Assembly (NCBI GenBank): GCA_016185425.1
Contig: JACPNQ010000035.1
Span: forward strand, 1-64,000
Direction: 5' to 3'
Origin: Acidobacteriota bacterium
GTDB lineage: Bacteria > Acidobacteriota > Terriglobia > Bryobacterales > Bryobacteraceae
Length of the DNA stretch: 64,000 nucleotides
The notes beneath the pieces were generated by a model, which was not told the DNA's origin, made no database searches, and was given only the letters and a program-made list of their open reading frames with translations. Positions 10,252-20,372 of this stretch are shown here, piece after piece. The first letter of the stretch is position 1. Each line of letters begins with the position of its first letter. Made by a program: the position numbers and the translations under genes.

Positions 10252-10350
10252 GCAGGAAAGGGCCGAGCCCACCGATTCCAGTTCGCGTTCTACAATTTCG
10301 ATCTTCTTTCCACCCGGCGTGCGGACACGGGTATCTCGAAAGGAGATCCT

Positions 10351-12273
10351 ATGTCTGAATCAAAGCTACCGGCGCGGCCGTCGCTGGTGCAATTGCGGAA
10401 ACAAGCCCGGGAACTGCTGGAACAGTTTCGGGCGGATGGCGCCGCTCCGGCGCCGAAACTGGCCGATGCGCAGTTTGCGATTGCGCGAAAGTACGGTTTC
10501 GCGAGTTGGGCGAAGCTGAAGCAGCATGTCGAAGCGCGGCAGCCGACTGGGTTGGAGCGATATGAAGACCTGGCGGCGGAGTTGGCGACCGCATACATGG
10601 CGGGCGATAAGACGGCGATCCGGGAGATCAATTGGAACTTTGGCACGTCTTTCACCTGGGACCACGAGCCGGAGAAGATGCAGGCACAGTTGCCGAATTG
10701 GTTTGCGGCAGGCCCGCGGACGCCGGACCTGGCGATGGCGGATGCGCGGCGGATGGTGGCGCATTCGTATGGAATCGAGAGCTGGGAGAGCTTCGCCGCC
10801 TGCCTGGCGCAGCCGGAGGTTGATCCGCGCTCGGCGCCGGTATTCATGAACTCGCGGCCACCGTTTTATCAGATTGACTGGAAGGACAACACGCTGTCCG
10901 TGCGGGGACCGCTAGGAGCGCGGGAGTGGGAGACGGTTTACGGCGTGATGCGGGAGCATGGCATCACGAAGCTACGGGCGGGCGGGATGGCGGATGCGGG
11001 GATGGCGGGGTTGGCAGCGTTGGGACAGGTGACGCGGTTGGAGCTAGGAGGACATAACGGGCTGACCGATGAGGGGCTATTGCACCTTGCGAAGATGCCG
11101 CAGTTGGAGGAGTTGGAAGTTGGCGGTTGGAAGAGTGTGATTACGGACCATGGGATGGCGTTTTTGGGGGAGTTGAAGCGGCTGCGCGAGTTCAAGTCGG
11201 CGTGGACGCAGGGGATTTCGGATGTGGGTTTAGTGGGGCTGGCGGTGTGTGATGCGCTGGAGGAAGTGAATCTGATCGGTACTCCGGCGGGCGACGGAAC
11301 GATTGCGAAATTGGCGGGGAAGGAGCATCTGCGGAAGTTCACGACGGGGCGGGGTGTGACGGATGCGGGGATCCGATTGCTGCACGGGTTACCGGTCTTC
11401 AAGGGTCCGCGGAATTGGGACGTTCGATACTCGCTGATGTCTTTTCAGGCCGAGCCAAGCCACCTGATGATCGATGGTCCGTTTACGGATGCAGGGCTGC
11501 GAGGTCTGGGCGGTCTGGATGGGTTGTGTGGCCTGTCGTTCTTCTGGCATTGCCCGGCGTTCACGTCCGCGGGGCTGGAGGGGTTGCGGCAACTGCCGGC
11601 ACTGCGATTCCTTGGCTGCCAGGATCGGCATTGCGATGACGAAGCGATGCGGCAGATCGCGGCGATTCCGGCGCTTGGGATGCTGATGGGCCAGGGCGCC
11701 GTGGCGGAAGACGAGGGATTTGCGGCGTTGGCCGCGTCGCGGACGCTCGAGTATTTCTGGGGGCGGGACTGTCCGAACTTTGCGAGCGCTGGGTTCACGG
11801 CGATGGCGGAGATGCCTTCGTTGCGCGGCTTGGCGGTGAGTTTGAAGAATGTGGACGATGAGGCGCTGGGGAAGCTACCGCGGTTCCCGGCGCTACGGCA
11901 GTTGATGCCGATGAATGTGGACGATGCGGGGTTCCGGCATGTGGGGGAGTGCGAGAATTTGGAAAACCTGTGGTGCATGTATTGCCGGGAGACGGGCGAT
12001 GCGGCGACGGAGTTTATCGGCGGGCTGCGGCGGTTGAAGACCTACTATGCGGGGAAAACGCTGATTACGGACCGGAGTTTGGAGATATTGGGGCGGATGG
12101 AGTCGCTGGAGAAGTTAGAGTTTTGGCAATGCGCGGGAGTGACAGATGCGGGGGTGGCGCATTTAGCGGAGTTGCCACGGTTGAAGGAGATTAGCCTGGA
12201 CGGGCTGCCGAATGTGACGAGGAGGGTGGCGGGCTTGTTTGGACCGGAGGTAAGGGTTAGCTATTCGGGGTGA
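10351..12273 (+). CDS. Leucine-rich repeat (RNI-like) protein with a duplicated N-terminal helical GF-x-SW-x-L module
   Basis: ATG at 10351 preceded by AGGAGA. Two ~60-aa modules ending ARKYGFASWAKLK and AHSYGIESWESF, followed by about 14 LRR-like units (LxxLxLxG...TDxGLxxL). Confidence 0.6.
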   Translation: MSESKLPARPSLVQLRKQARELLEQFRADGAAPAPKLADAQFAIARKYGFASWAKLKQHVEARQPTGLERYEDLAAELATAYMAGDKTAIREINWNFGTSFTWDHEPEKMQAQLPNWFAAGPRTPDLAMADARRMVAHSYGIESWESFAACLAQPEVDPRSAPVFMNSRPPFYQIDWKDNTLSVRGPLGAREWETVYGVMREHGITKLRAGGMADAGMAGLAALGQVTRLELGGHNGLTDEGLLHLAKMPQLEELEVGGWKSVITDHGMAFLGELKRLREFKSAWTQGISDVGLVGLAVCDALEEVNLIGTPAGDGTIAKLAGKEHLRKFTTGRGVTDAGIRLLHGLPVFKGPRNWDVRYSLMSFQAEPSHLMIDGPFTDAGLRGLGGLDGLCGLSFFWHCPAFTSAGLEGLRQLPALRFLGCQDRHCDDEAMRQIAAIPALGMLMGQGAVAEDEGFAALAASRTLEYFWGRDCPNFASAGFTAMAEMPSLRGLAVSLKNVDDEALGKLPRFPALRQLMPMNVDDAGFRHVGECENLENLWCMYCRETGDAATEFIGGLRRLKTYYAGKTLITDRSLEILGRMESLEKLEFWQCAGVTDAGVAHLAELPRLKEISLDGLPNVTRRVAGLFGPEVRVSYSG

Positions 12274-12627
12274 CTAACCTGCCCGGGAGCCGTTGGGAAC
12301 CGGGACTTCGGGTGTGGCCAAGACCGGTGTAATGCCGTCGGCGTAGCCAATGTCGAAGAGCATCCCTTCGGAGACCATCCCGCGCATTTTCTTTGGGGGC
12401 AAGTTCAGCACGAAGAGGGCTTGCCTACCTTCGATTTCCTTTGGGTTGGTGCGCTCCTGTTTTAGTCCGGCGAGGATGGTGCGGGTGTGGTCGCCGAAGT
12501 GGACCTGGAGAGCCACGAGATTGTCGGAGTTGGGAATGTCCGAGACCGCTTCGATGGTGCCCACGCGAATGTCGATTTGGTCGATGAGGGCGGGGTCGAT
12601 GATTGGCTTGATGGACGCGGGAGTCAT
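12274..12627 (-). CDS. csaA: tRNA-binding domain protein (CsaA/Myf-like)
   Basis: IDIRVGTI...VALQVHFGD...ILAG motif of the tRNA-binding OB fold. Confidence 0.7.
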   Translation of the reverse strand: MTPASIKPIIDPALIDQIDIRVGTIEAVSDIPNSDNLVALQVHFGDHTRTILAGLKQERTNPKEIEGRQALFVLNLPPKKMRGMVSEGMLFDIGYADGITPVLATPEVPVPNGSRAG

Positions 12628-14132
12628 GGGCGGACCAGGCGGGAGTGAATGGCTTCGGCGGCCTTGTCGGGGTAGTCGCTGCGATAGTGGCCGCCACGGC
12701 TTTCCCGGCGTTCGAGCGCGGCTTGCGCGATCAGGAGTCCGACGCGGCGCATGCTGCGGAGCTCGTAGGTTTCACGCGTGGCGTTCTGGCGGCGCTCCAT
12801 CGGCACGCTGCGGAGGACTCTCACTGCGGTTTGAAGCCCTTCTTCGTTGCGCGTTATGCCACAGTGGTCCCAGGTGATGGAGCGGAGATGCGCTTCCGTT
12901 ATCGCAGGGAACACTTCGGCCCGCGGGATCTCGCCTTCCGGTGGGCAATCCGTCTTGGCAAGCATTGCCGTCGCCGCCCGGGCACCGAAGACGACGCCTT
13001 CCAGCAACGAGTTACTGGCGAGGCGATTGGCACCATGGACACCGGTGCAGGCCACTTCGCCGGCGGCGTAGAGGCGGGCGATCGTCGTTTCGCCGTTGAG
13101 GTCGGTCTGCACGCCGCCCATGGCGTAGTGCGCGGCGGGATGAACGGGGGCGGGAAACTTCGTCAGATCGAGGCCGTAGCGGAGGCAGGTTTGATAGATG
13201 CGCGGGAAGTGTTGCTCCATGACGCCGGCGGCGAAGTGGGTCATGTCGAGGAACATATGGGGAGAACCGGTGCGCGCAATCTCGCGGACAATGGCACGAC
13301 TGACGACGTCGCGGCTGGCGAGCTCGTCGGTGAAGCGCTCGCCGGTGGCGTTGCGAAGGTAGGCGCCGTCGCCGCGAAGGGCTTCGCTCAGGAGGAATCG
13401 GGGGGCGTTGTCGAGGTGGAGCGCCGTTGGGTGAAACTGAACGAACTCGATGTCACGGATAGCGGCGCCGGCGCGCCAGGCCATGGCGATGCCGTCACCT
13501 GTGGCGACGTTGGGGTTCGTCGTTTCCTTGTAGACGCGGCCGAGACCGCCCGTGGCAAGGAGGACGGCGCGGGCGAAAATCGGGTGATGCTGCTTATAGC
13601 GGGCGTCATAGGCGACGGCGCCGCGCACTTCGCCGTCAGCCATGAGCAGATCCGTGACCGCGGCGAAGCTGAGGAACTGGACGTTGGCGAGAGAGGCGGC
13701 TTTGCGGTAGAGGGCGCGGGAAATCTCGCGGCCGGTGGAGTCGCCGTGCGCGTGGAGGATGCGATTGCGCGAGTGGGCGCCTTCACGGCCGAAGACAAGC
13801 TCGCCGCCCTCGCGATCAAATTCAGCGCCCCATGCGAGGAGTTCTTCGATGACGTGCGGTCCTTCGGCGACCAGCGTGCGAACAGCATCGGGATCGCAAA
13901 GACCGTCCCCGGCATGGAGCGTGTCCTGTTCATGGAGAGTGACCTCGTCATCGTCGGAGAGGGCGGCGGCGATACCGCCTTGCGCGTACTCGGATGCGGA
14001 TTCGTGCAAGGTGTCCTTGGCAAGGACGAGCACTTTTCCGTGGGCGGCCAAGGAGATGGCGGCGCGTAGACCGGCTACACCGGCTCCGATGACAAGGTAG
14101 TCGCAGACGATGCGATCCGACGTAGCACTCAT
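12624..14132 (-). CDS. nadB: L-aspartate oxidase
   Basis: DYLVIGAGVAGL FAD motif and the full NadB-like body. The track start 14147 is TTG; the first ATG at 14132 gives MSATSDRIV. Confidence 0.9.
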   Translation of the reverse strand: MSATSDRIVCDYLVIGAGVAGLRAAISLAAHGKVLVLAKDTLHESASEYAQGGIAAALSDDDEVTLHEQDTLHAGDGLCDPDAVRTLVAEGPHVIEELLAWGAEFDREGGELVFGREGAHSRNRILHAHGDSTGREISRALYRKAASLANVQFLSFAAVTDLLMADGEVRGAVAYDARYKQHHPIFARAVLLATGGLGRVYKETTNPNVATGDGIAMAWRAGAAIRDIEFVQFHPTALHLDNAPRFLLSEALRGDGAYLRNATGERFTDELASRDVVSRAIVREIARTGSPHMFLDMTHFAAGVMEQHFPRIYQTCLRYGLDLTKFPAPVHPAAHYAMGGVQTDLNGETTIARLYAAGEVACTGVHGANRLASNSLLEGVVFGARAATAMLAKTDCPPEGEIPRAEVFPAITEAHLRSITWDHCGITRNEEGLQTAVRVLRSVPMERRQNATRETYELRSMRRVGLLIAQAALERRESRGGHYRSDYPDKAAEAIHSRLVRP

Positions 14133-14159
14133 ACCCCCATGGTACAAACGAAAAAGGAC

Positions 14160-15215
14160 ATGCCTTCACACGTTGTATCGACTGGCGCCCAGCGTTATGA
14201 GTGCCATATTGAGCGCGGCATCCTTGCGCGCATTGCGGATTTTCTGCCGGCGAAGGCAGGGAAAGTTTTCGTTGTCACGACCCAGGATGTTTGGAATTTG
14301 CACGGCTCGGCGATGCGTTTTCCGCACGAATTGGTGATCTTTCCGGGTGGCGAGCCGAACAAGCGGCTTTCGAGGCTGGAGGCGATGGCGGATGAGATGC
14401 TGGCGAAGGGTGCGGACCGCTCGTCGGTGATTGTGGCGTTCGGCGGCGGGATTGTGGGCGATGTGGGCGGGTTCCTGGCGGCCGTCTTTATGCGCGGGAT
14501 ACCGGTGATTCAGGCGCCGACGACGTTGCTGGCGCAGGTGGATGCGGCGATTGGCGGGAAGACCGGCGTGAACCTCGTGGGCGGAAAGAACCTGGTGGGT
14601 GCGTTTCATCAGCCGCTGGCGGTATTGATCGACCCATCGGTGCTAACGACGTTGCCGGAGCGCGAGTACCGGTCCGGGCTGTTTGAAGTGGTGAAGTATG
14701 GAATTATCAGCAGCCCGGCACTGTTCAAGCTGTTGGCGGAGCGGCCGGAAGATGTGCTGCGGATGGAGACGGAGACGGTGGATTTTATCGTCAGCGAATC
14801 CGTGCGGATCAAGGCGGAAGTGGTTTCGGCGGATGAGAAAGAGGGCGGACTGCGGCGGATTTTGAATTACGGTCATACGTTGGGTCATGCACTGGAGGCG
14901 GAGACGTCATACTCGCGGCTGCTGCACGGGGAAGCGGTAGGGTACGGGATGAACGCAGCGGCTTTCTTGGCGGAGCGGTTGGGGGTGTTGGCGCCCGCGG
15001 ATGCGGCGGAAATGCGGCGGGTGACTGGACTGTACGGTCCCTGGCCGGCTGTCTCGGATCTGCGCCCGGAGGCGTTGGCGGCGCACACGCTGAAGGACAA
15101 GAAGACGATTCAGGGGACGACGCATTTCGTGCTGGCCGAGGGTGTTGGAACTGTGCGTGTGGTGAGCGGGATCGCGGCATCCGACGTAGTAGCGGCAGCG
15201 GCGGCGGCGCTGTAG
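14160..15215 (+). CDS. aroB: 3-dehydroquinate synthase
   Basis: GGGVVGDVGGF, PTTLLAQVDAAIGGKT and HTLGHALE motifs. A start at 14139 is possible but would sit 6 bp from nadB. Confidence 0.9.
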   Translation: MPSHVVSTGAQRYECHIERGILARIADFLPAKAGKVFVVTTQDVWNLHGSAMRFPHELVIFPGGEPNKRLSRLEAMADEMLAKGADRSSVIVAFGGGIVGDVGGFLAAVFMRGIPVIQAPTTLLAQVDAAIGGKTGVNLVGGKNLVGAFHQPLAVLIDPSVLTTLPEREYRSGLFEVVKYGIISSPALFKLLAERPEDVLRMETETVDFIVSESVRIKAEVVSADEKEGGLRRILNYGHTLGHALEAETSYSRLLHGEAVGYGMNAAAFLAERLGVLAPADAAEMRRVTGLYGPWPAVSDLRPEALAAHTLKDKKTIQGTTHFVLAEGVGTVRVVSGIAASDVVAAAAAAL

Positions 15216-15218
15216 CTT

Positions 15219-15962
15219 ATGGCGCTTGAGGCCGGCAAAGGAACGACGCCGCCGGGGGCAGCGACGGAGGAGCAGGCGGCGAAATATGTGCGCGGGATGT
15301 TCGGGCAGGTGGCGCCGCGGTATGACCTGCTGAATCATCTGCTGAGTTTTCAGATTGATAAATACTGGCGGCGGCGGACGGTGGCGCGGCTACAGACGAT
15401 TCTCGATCGTGCCGATGCGCGGGTACTCGATCTGGCCTGTGGGACGGGCGATCTGACGCTGGCATTGACCCGCGCGGGGCGGGCGCAGGTGATTGGGAGC
15501 GACTTTTGCCATCCGATGCTGACGGGGGCGGCCTCAAAGAACGTCCGGTTGTTGTTTGAGGCAGATGCGTTGACGCTGCCTATAGGATCGGGGTCGGTTG
15601 ATTTAGTGACGTGTGCGTTTGGTTTTCGGAATTTTGTGAATTACCGTCGCGGGATGGTGGAGATTTTGCGGGTGTTGAAGCCGGGCGGAACGGCGGCGAT
15701 TCTGGAGTTCTCGACGCCGCCGAATGCGGCGTTCCGGGCGTTGTACGGGTTTTATTCGACGCGCGTGCTGCCGAGGGTTGGCGCTTTCATTAGCGGGTCA
15801 AAGGATGCGTATACGTATCTGCCGGAGAGTGTGCGGAAGTTTCCGGCGGCGGCGGCGCTGGCGGAGGAGTTTCGGGAGGCCGGGTTTGCGAGTGTGGAGT
15901 TTGAGCGGATGACGTTCGGGACTGTGGCGCTGCACTTGGCGCGGAAAGGGGCGGCTGGTTAG
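15219..15962 (+). CDS. ubiE: Demethylmenaquinone/ubiquinone C-methyltransferase
   Basis: MFGQVAPRYDLLNHLLSF...VLDLACGTGD. Class I SAM MTase of the UbiE/MenG family. Confidence 0.85.
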   Translation: MALEAGKGTTPPGAATEEQAAKYVRGMFGQVAPRYDLLNHLLSFQIDKYWRRRTVARLQTILDRADARVLDLACGTGDLTLALTRAGRAQVIGSDFCHPMLTGAASKNVRLLFEADALTLPIGSGSVDLVTCAFGFRNFVNYRRGMVEILRVLKPGGTAAILEFSTPPNAAFRALYGFYSTRVLPRVGAFISGSKDAYTYLPESVRKFPAAAALAEEFREAGFASVEFERMTFGTVALHLARKGAAG

Positions 15963-15981
15963 CCGCCCCCGTTGCCATTCT

Positions 15982-16809
15982 TTAAAGCAGCGCCGTAGGC
16001 CGCCGCTTCCAGCCCATCGTCTCCAGCGCGCCGATATGCCCGCCCGCCTGGGTGAGGATGTGGTGCAGATCGTTGCCGATGCTGATGAACGGGAAGCCCT
16101 TGCCTATGAACTCCTGCACGCGGGCGGTGCCGAAGAGGAATACGCCGAGCGTCACGTTGTTCTTGCGGGCGGCGGCGACGAGTTTGTCCGTTGCCGCGCC
16201 CAGTTCGGGGGACGTGTACATGTGCGGGAACTCGTACTTCTCGTAGAGACCCATCGACATGCAAAGGTCGTTCTGGCCGAGGAAGAGGAGGTCGACACCG
16301 GGGACGGCGGCGATCTCGTCGATGTTCTCGATGCAACTCGCGGTTTCGACTTGCAGAGCAACGATGGCGTTCTTATTCCAGTTGCCCGCATAGCCGAGCA
16401 GTCCATTCCTGTTCATACTGCGCTGCGGGAAGTAGACGGAGCGCGTGCCGGCTGTGGGGTACAGCGCGCAGCTCACCGCGGCGCGGGCTTCGGCGGCGGT
16501 GTTGATATAGGGGACCAGGATGCCATCGGCGCCGAGGTCGAGCGACTGCTGAATGCCCGGGCGATCGTCGTATCCGCCGACACGGACGAGCGACTTGGCG
16601 CCGCCACTGGCCACGCCGCAGATCATGGCGGACAACTTCTCGTAATTCATGGGTCCGTGCTGGGTGTCGATCAGCAACCAGTCATAGCCCGTATGGGCGA
16701 GCTGCTCGACCACAGTGGGGCTATGAGAATTGATGAATAGGCCGATTTTGGTCTGGCCTTCGCGCAATTGCTGCTTAAAGTCGGCACCGGAAACGGGGGC
16801 GTCTGCCAT
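15982..16809 (-). CDS. HpcH/HpaI-family 2-keto-3-deoxy-acid aldolase
   Basis: ATG at 16809 with GGAGAA RBS. Family motifs (DTQHGP, LVPYINTAAEA, QVET). Confidence 0.8.
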   Translation of the reverse strand: MADAPVSGADFKQQLREGQTKIGLFINSHSPTVVEQLAHTGYDWLLIDTQHGPMNYEKLSAMICGVASGGAKSLVRVGGYDDRPGIQQSLDLGADGILVPYINTAAEARAAVSCALYPTAGTRSVYFPQRSMNRNGLLGYAGNWNKNAIVALQVETASCIENIDEIAAVPGVDLLFLGQNDLCMSMGLYEKYEFPHMYTSPELGAATDKLVAAARKNNVTLGVFLFGTARVQEFIGKGFPFISIGNDLHHILTQAGGHIGALETMGWKRRPTALL

Positions 16810-16877
16810 TGTCTTGTTCTCCTGGATTAGAAAGCTCTTTGGACTATAACCAATGCGCGGAGGAAGCGTCAAAAAGC

Positions 16878-17555
16878 TCACTGCTTTTTCAATTCGGCGA
16901 GGAAACGCGGGGAGGCCTTAATGTGCTCGCCGGATTTCAGAATCGCTTCGTTCGCGGTGATGGCTTTCAATCGCAAAGCGTTCGCGGCGGCCGAACGGGA
17001 GAGACGGACGAACTGGGCCGGGTCGAGGCGTTCGAGAAGTCCTTCGAGCGTTGCGCGGACGATGTGCGTCCGATTGCCTGCGTGGAGGACAACATAGTTG
17101 CGTGCGGATTCGAGCCAGTCGACGTCCGAGGCTTCGACGAAATAGGTAATGCCTTCGTCGCGAACGAGGAAGCGTTTGAGGAAGGTATTGGGAGACTGGA
17201 GCTGTTGGCGCGCGCGGTCGAGAGCGGCGTTGAAGCGGGAAGGGCTGACGGGTTTCAGAAGGTAGTCGAGGGCGCGGACATTGAAGGCTTCGACGGCGTA
17301 TTGGTCGTAAGCGGTGACGAAGATGGTGAGCGGACGGATGGTTTCGGCGAGCCTGTCGAGGACGTCAAACCCAGTAAGGCCGGGCATTTGGACGTCGAGG
17401 AAGAGGAGGTCGGGACGGTACTCTTCTATAACCGCGATGGCGGCGGGACCGGCGCCCGCTTCACCGGCGATGCGGAAGTCGGCGTGAGGTTCGAGAAGAC
17501 GGACGAGCTTGCGGCGTGCGGGGGGTTCGTCGTCGACGATGACCACCGTGTTCAT
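16878..17555 (-). CDS. LytTR-family response regulator
   Basis: Receiver domain (IVDDEPPARRKL...LFLDVQMPG) plus a C-terminal LytTR DNA-binding domain. Confidence 0.85.
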   Translation of the reverse strand: MNTVVIVDDEPPARRKLVRLLEPHADFRIAGEAGAGPAAIAVIEEYRPDLLFLDVQMPGLTGFDVLDRLAETIRPLTIFVTAYDQYAVEAFNVRALDYLLKPVSPSRFNAALDRARQQLQSPNTFLKRFLVRDEGITYFVEASDVDWLESARNYVVLHAGNRTHIVRATLEGLLERLDPAQFVRLSRSAAANALRLKAITANEAILKSGEHIKASPRFLAELKKQ

Positions 17556-18517
17556 GCCGCGACCCGATAGGGCAAGCGCACTTTGACAATCGTCCCCGCC
17601 GTCGCTTTGGGTTCGAGTTCAATGCTGCCTTTCGCACCGTAGAGCCGTTCGAGGCGCAGGCGGGTATTGCCCAGGCCAATGCCAAGCCCCGCGCCACCGG
17701 AGGTTTCGGCGCCCGTGTCTTCCAGGTCGATGAGCAGTGCGTCGCCGTCGCGTCGAGCGCGTATTGAGGTGAGGCCATGGCGGAGAGAGTTTTCGGCAAG
17801 CGGCTGCAAAAGAAAATGCGGCACGATGGCTTTGCCGATCCCGTCTTCGATTTCCCAGTCGATGTGGAGGCCGTGCTCAAAGCGAGCCTCCATGATGGCT
17901 AGATAGGCGCGGGCAGTGGCGATCTCCTCATGAAACGGCACCTCTTGCGCCGGATTTTTGGCGAGTGCGTCGCGGAGATAATCACTCAGGCGGCAGAGCA
18001 TTTCGTCGGCTTTGGCGGGGTCTTCATAGACGACGGAGCTGATCATGTTGAGCGTGTTGAATAGGAAATGGGGCTGGAGCTGGAGACGGAGGTTTTCGAG
18101 CTCCAACAAAGCCGTCCGCTGGCGATGATCCCAGAAGAGCGTGCCGCCGGCGACGCAGACGTAGCCGATATATTGGATCGGCAGCTCCATGAAGTAGCGG
18201 AGCCAAAGAATGCCGTAGTCGTATGCGCCGAGACCGGCGAGGCGGAAGACAATCAAACGGGCGATGTAGAAGCCCGTGGTTTCGAGAAGCCCGATGCCGC
18301 TCGCCGCAATCAGGTGATGCGGCAGATTGGCCCAACGCGGCGGGAATTGGCGCGTCATGCGGATGATGAGCGGCGCCGTAAGGCCAAGGACGTATGCCGA
18401 AGACATCTCCTCAATGAAGGGGATGTGCCAGGGGATGGGGTCCTGCCGCGTCAGGTGATCGAGGTGCCGATACAGGAACAGAAACAGGCCCAGACCCGTG
18501 ACGAAGAGATACTTCAT
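17552..18517 (-). CDS. Sensor histidine kinase, LytS/YehU-type (His_kinase PF06580 + HATPase)
   Basis: N-terminal 4-5 TM segment, HFLFNTLNMISS H-box, and a GHKL ATPase C-terminus. 4-bp overlaps with both neighbouring genes. Confidence 0.8.
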   Translation of the reverse strand: MKYLFVTGLGLFLFLYRHLDHLTRQDPIPWHIPFIEEMSSAYVLGLTAPLIIRMTRQFPPRWANLPHHLIAASGIGLLETTGFYIARLIVFRLAGLGAYDYGILWLRYFMELPIQYIGYVCVAGGTLFWDHRQRTALLELENLRLQLQPHFLFNTLNMISSVVYEDPAKADEMLCRLSDYLRDALAKNPAQEVPFHEEIATARAYLAIMEARFEHGLHIDWEIEDGIGKAIVPHFLLQPLAENSLRHGLTSIRARRDGDALLIDLEDTGAETSGGAGLGIGLGNTRLRLERLYGAKGSIELEPKATAGTIVKVRLPYRVAA

Positions 18518-20280
18518 GGGAGGCGGAAGGCGACTATGCTATCGCCGGCGGGCGAGAAGGGATTGTCGTGCCCGCCCGCGGCGATGACGACATACTGCTT
18601 GCCCGAAGCGGTCTGAAACGTCATGGGCGTCGCACGGGCGCCGGTGGGGAGTTTGGCGCGCCAGAGTTCGGCGCCGGTGAAGACGTGGAACGCGCGCATG
18701 TACGCATCCATCGTAGCGCCGATGAAAAGCAGCCCTCCGCTGGTGACGATTGGTCCGCCAAGGTGCGGCGCGCCGAGCATCGGATTATCGTTCATCGCTC
18801 CGAGCGGAACCTGCCAGCGGAGTTGGCCCGTAACTGTGTCGATGGCCGACAGCGTGGCCCACGGTGGAGGAGTGCAGGGAAGTCCCGACGGCCCGACGAT
18901 GATCTGCCGCTGCATGGCGAAGCGCGTGCCGGCTTGTTCCGTTGTTTCCCAGTTGGGAGAATTGGCCCTGGCGGTTTTGAAGTTGGCCTGTTTGATGAGG
19001 CGGACCGCGGCGGCGAGACGGTTGGCGGGCGCGAAAAGCAGATTATTCTCCGGGTCCCAGGCCATGCCGCCCCACGCGAGGCCTCCGATGTTACCCGGAT
19101 AGACCAGCGTCCCTTTTTCCGATGGCGGCGTGAAGATGCCTTCGCTGCGGAGGCCCTTCAGGATTGATTCGCAGGCGGCACGGTCGGCCTCGGTGGGACC
19201 CCAGGCTTCGTCGGCATTTAGGTGATGGGGCACTAATGGGCGGGGCCGTGTCGGAAAGGGCTGTGTGGCGGAGGGCTGTTCCCCTTCGGCATCGCTCTTT
19301 GGCACGGGGCGCTCTTCCACGGGAAAGATGGGCTTGCCGGTAGCGCGATCGAGCAGGAAGATGTGACCGGTCTTGGAGCCGACGGCCACAGCCTTCGCGC
19401 CGAGGCGCGTGAATAGCGTGGGTTGGCTGGCGACATCGTAATCCCAAAGATCGTGATGTACGGTTTGGAAGTGCCAGATGCGGCGGCCTGTAGCGGCGTC
19501 GAGCGCGATGACCGAGTTGGCGTAGAGGTTGTCACCGGGGCGCATGCCGCCGTAGTAATCCGGACTGGCGCTGCCTGTGGGCACGTAGACATTGTTCTCA
19601 TCCGCGGAGATAAGCGACCACGCGTTGGCGCCACCGGTCTTGGGGTCGTCCAAGGGCTGCCAGGTCCAACGTAGTGCGCCGGTAATGGCGTCAAACGCGC
19701 GGACTTCGCCGGAAGGCATGTTGGTGCGGCCGTTGTCGGCGATGGACGAGCCGACGACGACAACCCCACGCACGACGACGGGCGGTGATGTTTCCTGATA
19801 CTCGCCGGCTTCCGTCGGAGGGATGCGGAGACCCTTCGTGAGATCGACGATCTGGAAACCCGCGCAGGGTTGGCCGGTGGCAGCGTCGAGACAGATCAGT
19901 CGCGCGTCAATGGTAGCGAGATAGAGCTTACCGGCGGCGTAGGCAAGCCCGCGATTGGCGAAGTCACCATAGGCTGCGTCGCGATTGATTTTCGCGTCGT
20001 AGACCCATTTTTCACGGGCGGCCTCCGGGTCAAGCGCAATGACGCGGCCGTGCGGTGTGGAGATATAAAGGGTCTCATGGAGGAAAAGCGGCGTAACTTC
20101 GAGCGCTGGCTTGCGGCCGCCACGCCGCGCGGGAACGAGGGGTTCTTTGGTGTGGTAAACCCATGCCTGTTTGAGGCTGGCGACATTCCCGGTATTGATC
20201 TGTTTCAGGGCGTAGTATTTCGCGCCGGATTGGTCCTGCGCTATGAGAGCGGGGACGAGCAGGAAGGGGAGCCATCGCAT
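18514..20280 (-). CDS. PQQ-dependent dehydrogenase (quinoprotein glucose/sugar dehydrogenase family), secreted
   Basis: ATG at 20280 gives MRWLPFLLVPALIA, a signal peptide. Repeated W-motif beta-propeller segments (RWTW, DLWDYD, LRWQV). Confidence 0.85.
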   Translation of the reverse strand: MRWLPFLLVPALIAQDQSGAKYYALKQINTGNVASLKQAWVYHTKEPLVPARRGGRKPALEVTPLFLHETLYISTPHGRVIALDPEAAREKWVYDAKINRDAAYGDFANRGLAYAAGKLYLATIDARLICLDAATGQPCAGFQIVDLTKGLRIPPTEAGEYQETSPPVVVRGVVVVGSSIADNGRTNMPSGEVRAFDAITGALRWTWQPLDDPKTGGANAWSLISADENNVYVPTGSASPDYYGGMRPGDNLYANSVIALDAATGRRIWHFQTVHHDLWDYDVASQPTLFTRLGAKAVAVGSKTGHIFLLDRATGKPIFPVEERPVPKSDAEGEQPSATQPFPTRPRPLVPHHLNADEAWGPTEADRAACESILKGLRSEGIFTPPSEKGTLVYPGNIGGLAWGGMAWDPENNLLFAPANRLAAAVRLIKQANFKTARANSPNWETTEQAGTRFAMQRQIIVGPSGLPCTPPPWATLSAIDTVTGQLRWQVPLGAMNDNPMLGAPHLGGPIVTSGGLLFIGATMDAYMRAFHVFTGAELWRAKLPTGARATPMTFQTASGKQYVVIAAGGHDNPFSPAGDSIVAFRLP

Positions 20281-20372
20281 GAAAGCAGTGTGAAGGATAC
20301 GGGCCGGAAGAGGGAAGGGAGAGCGGGACGAAGCAAGGAGTTTTTGGGACGAAGCCGCTAGAATAGGCGCAC

